Assembly (NCBI GenBank): GCA_044892525.1
Contig: CM097885.1
Span: 20,214,001-20,278,000 of the forward strand
Direction: 5' to 3'
Source of the DNA: Schmidtea polychroa
Lineage: Eukaryota
DNA length: 64,000 bases
Part shown: positions 61,772-64,000 of the stretch, one piece after another
Layout: the number at the start of each line of letters is the position of its first letter
Position numbering within the stretch: position 1 is the stretch's first letter
Notes under the pieces: model-generated
What the model was told of the DNA's origin: nothing
Seen by the model: the letters and a program-made list of their open reading frames with translations, nothing else
Database searches by the model: none
Program-made: the position numbers and the translations under genes

Positions 61772-62739
61772 TTATGGTATATGTAAAAATACGACGTAAC
61801 TTTTGCATCAACCTGATATACTAAGATTTTCAAATGATCTCAGAAATTTTTTAACGGCCGATTCGCTTTAAATTTCATTAAATCATCTGACCTTGTATTA
61901 TTATAGCTATTTTACCTATTATAAAGCCTATCCTTATTATTAACTATCAATTGGGTCAATGTAAGACTTCTTGTATGGATTCTGCCCATTGAAAGTGTTT
62001 GACAGCTTAAATGCAGTACTTTGACTTCTATTCGTAAATAATCTAAAATTTTAAACAAATTACCGACCTATGAAATAACATAGATATTGCCACTGCTGAT
62101 GTTACTTCCGTAAACTTGTCTGCCTATGGATGTCCTAAGTCTAATTACCTATCAAATGATGATGAAAACCATACCTAACCAGATTATCCAAACAAACACC
62201 AAAGTCCTAAATCCTTATTGACATTAGATACATCCTAAAATGACGTCCATAAGCCTAACTAATTTCACAAAAGCCTTTCAAATGAATAGTCTTCGATGAT
62301 GTCCTGAAAGCCTAAATGGAGTGCAACCAAATATATCCCAACGGCCATGGCTTACCATGTTTATCCTGTTGACAGCCTAGTGGATTACAACCCCAATTAC
62401 CACGTTCTAACGATTGAGCCTCGGATTATCGTTCATAGATTAAATAAGGGTTTTAGAATTTTAAGGGTGAGAATTTATCCCCTTCAGCCTTAACCGGCAT
62501 GAGTGTTTATTAAAATAAAATTTGATTTGTTTTTTTTCGTTTCTGCGCATTTCGATATTTGTTTACTCATATATTTGATATATTTTTGCTCAGTGTATAC
62601 TTCAAAGTTGTCCAAACACATTTTAAGGTTAGAGTAATTTGTTTACTTGTAAATAATTAGATCTTAATTTTTTTCCCAGTTTATGGAGAAATCGCCAATC
62701 AAATTCCAGAAGGTACATATCAGGGATTTTGTACTTTTT

Positions 62740-63135
62740 GAGTTGCAACAATTGCTACCAAAACCATTTGCGATGCTTTTCCAAGTGTAATAGACGTTTG
62801 TAAATGCCAAACGTGGTTTTATAAGTTCAAATCGGGTAATTTTGATCTTTACGACTTGTATCGATCAGGAAGGCCACTATCTAAGCAAATCCGTGTCAGG
62901 CAATCGAGGAACCTTGATTTGCCATCCAAGAACATTGGTAAAGTAAGCAGAGCGGGTGTTTGGGGTCATGCATCACCTGTTCAAAGAAAACAAAGATAAC
63001 CAATCCACCACATGTAACTTAATGCTTCACCGACACAATACAGAAGCGTTTATGATCGCTTGATCACTAGGGATGAAAAATGAATCCTCTATAATGATCA
63101 ACGATGCAAAATCCGAATGAATCTCCACCCAAATA
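62740..63135 (+). pseudogene. Mariner transposase remnant (second family)
   Basis: TKTICDAF...CQTWFYKFKSGNFDL...RSGRP; GKVSRAGVW; DRLITRDEK*. Confidence 0.75.
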
Positions 63136-63375
63136 TGAACGTTTGATTAAATTAGGAATGACCGAAATTTGATTGTTAATCAATAATTTCCAAAATTTCT
63201 GTATCATCGCCTCCTCCTTTTGTATAATTGTAGTTTATATAGATAAGTAAATATTTATTTATTTTACAGTAGTGTGCGAATTATTGTAAACACGAAATAA
63301 TGTATATGTTTTCTCAGTTATGTCGAAATTAGCAACCGCTTTGTTTTACTGTTTTACATTTAGTGAGTGACAACG

Positions 63376-64000
63376 TATATCAGCACGAATTGAGTGGATC
63401 AATTATATATCAGCACGAATCGAGCGAATCAATTATATATCACTATGAATTGAGGGGATCAATGATATATCAGCACCAACAGAAGGGATCAATGATATAT
63501 CAGCACCAATAGCGGGGATCAATGATATATCAGCACCAATAGCGGGGATCAATGATATATCAGCACCAACAGAAGGGATCAATGATATATCAGCACCAAC
63601 AGAAGGGATCAATGATATATCAGCACCAACAGAAGGGATCAATGATATATCAGCACCAATAGAGGGGATCAATTATATACCATCACGAATAGAGGGGATC
63701 AATGATATATCAGCACCAATAGCGGGGATCAATGATATATCAGCACCAACAGAAGGGATCAATGATATATCAGCACCAACAGAAGGGATCAATGATATAT
63801 CAGCACCAATAGAGGGGATCAATTATATACCATCACGAATAGAGGGGATCAATGATATATCAGCACCAATAGCGGGGATCAATGATATATCAGCACCAAC
63901 AGAAGGGATCAATGATATATCAGCACCAACAGAAGGGATCAATGATATATCAGCACCAATAGAGGGGATCAATGATATATCAGCACCAATAGAGGGGATC
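63376..64000. repeat. 30-bp minisatellite, >20 copies, running off the window
   Basis: Unit GGGATCAATGATATATCAGCACCAA(C/T)AG(A/C)(A/G). Confidence 0.95.

Larger units (their letters stand above)
59392..61818 (-). mobile_element. Decayed mariner element with two nested insertions
   Basis: TIRs TATTTAGGTTTATGCATAAGTAACGTCGTATTTTT / AAAAATACGACGTAACTTTTGCATCAACCTGATA; remnants FLHRLVTVDEKW and NRKGVNFRHDNAQPH at 60700-61130. Confidence 0.8.

Noticed and set aside
63376..64000. CRISPR-like array
   Set aside because: No unique spacers, eukaryotic context, no cas genes.

Overview
AT-rich animal genomic DNA, most likely a triclad planarian such as Schmidtea: a near-copy of the planarian spliced leader lies at 36600-36636, introns are ~40-50 nt, and (AAT)n tracts are abundant. 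The left 26 kb is a cluster of giant Gypsy-related (Burro-like) element sequence. It includes an apparently intact ~1.6 kaa minus-strand polyprotein in which Gag capsid and three CCHC knuckles are followed not by pol but by three ubiquitin-like folds and a TRAF-type MATH domain, punctuated by five copies of an [RKQ]I[NC][ML][ML] motif. An IAP-type RING sits in an overlapping frame, and there are a second RING ORF, an AT-hook ORF and coiled-coil ORFs, four of them preceded by a splice-acceptor-like TAG. Three copies of the terminus TGTTGGGCTAGAACTGATTTCT occur; two face inward around an 8.3-kb unit carrying an intron-containing MANF pseudogene and a covarying structured element shared with the Gag-bearing element. 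The right 37 kb is the 3' part (18 exons) of a host AP-3 beta-adaptin gene on the minus strand. Its introns hold Tigger, hAT, Merlin, mariner, Penelope (with hammerhead-like motifs) and MITE insertions, a 28S rRNA fragment with a 23-bp duplication, a spliced-leader relic and TPR/FKBP-like pseudogene fragments. All domain and family calls are by eye; no searches were run.
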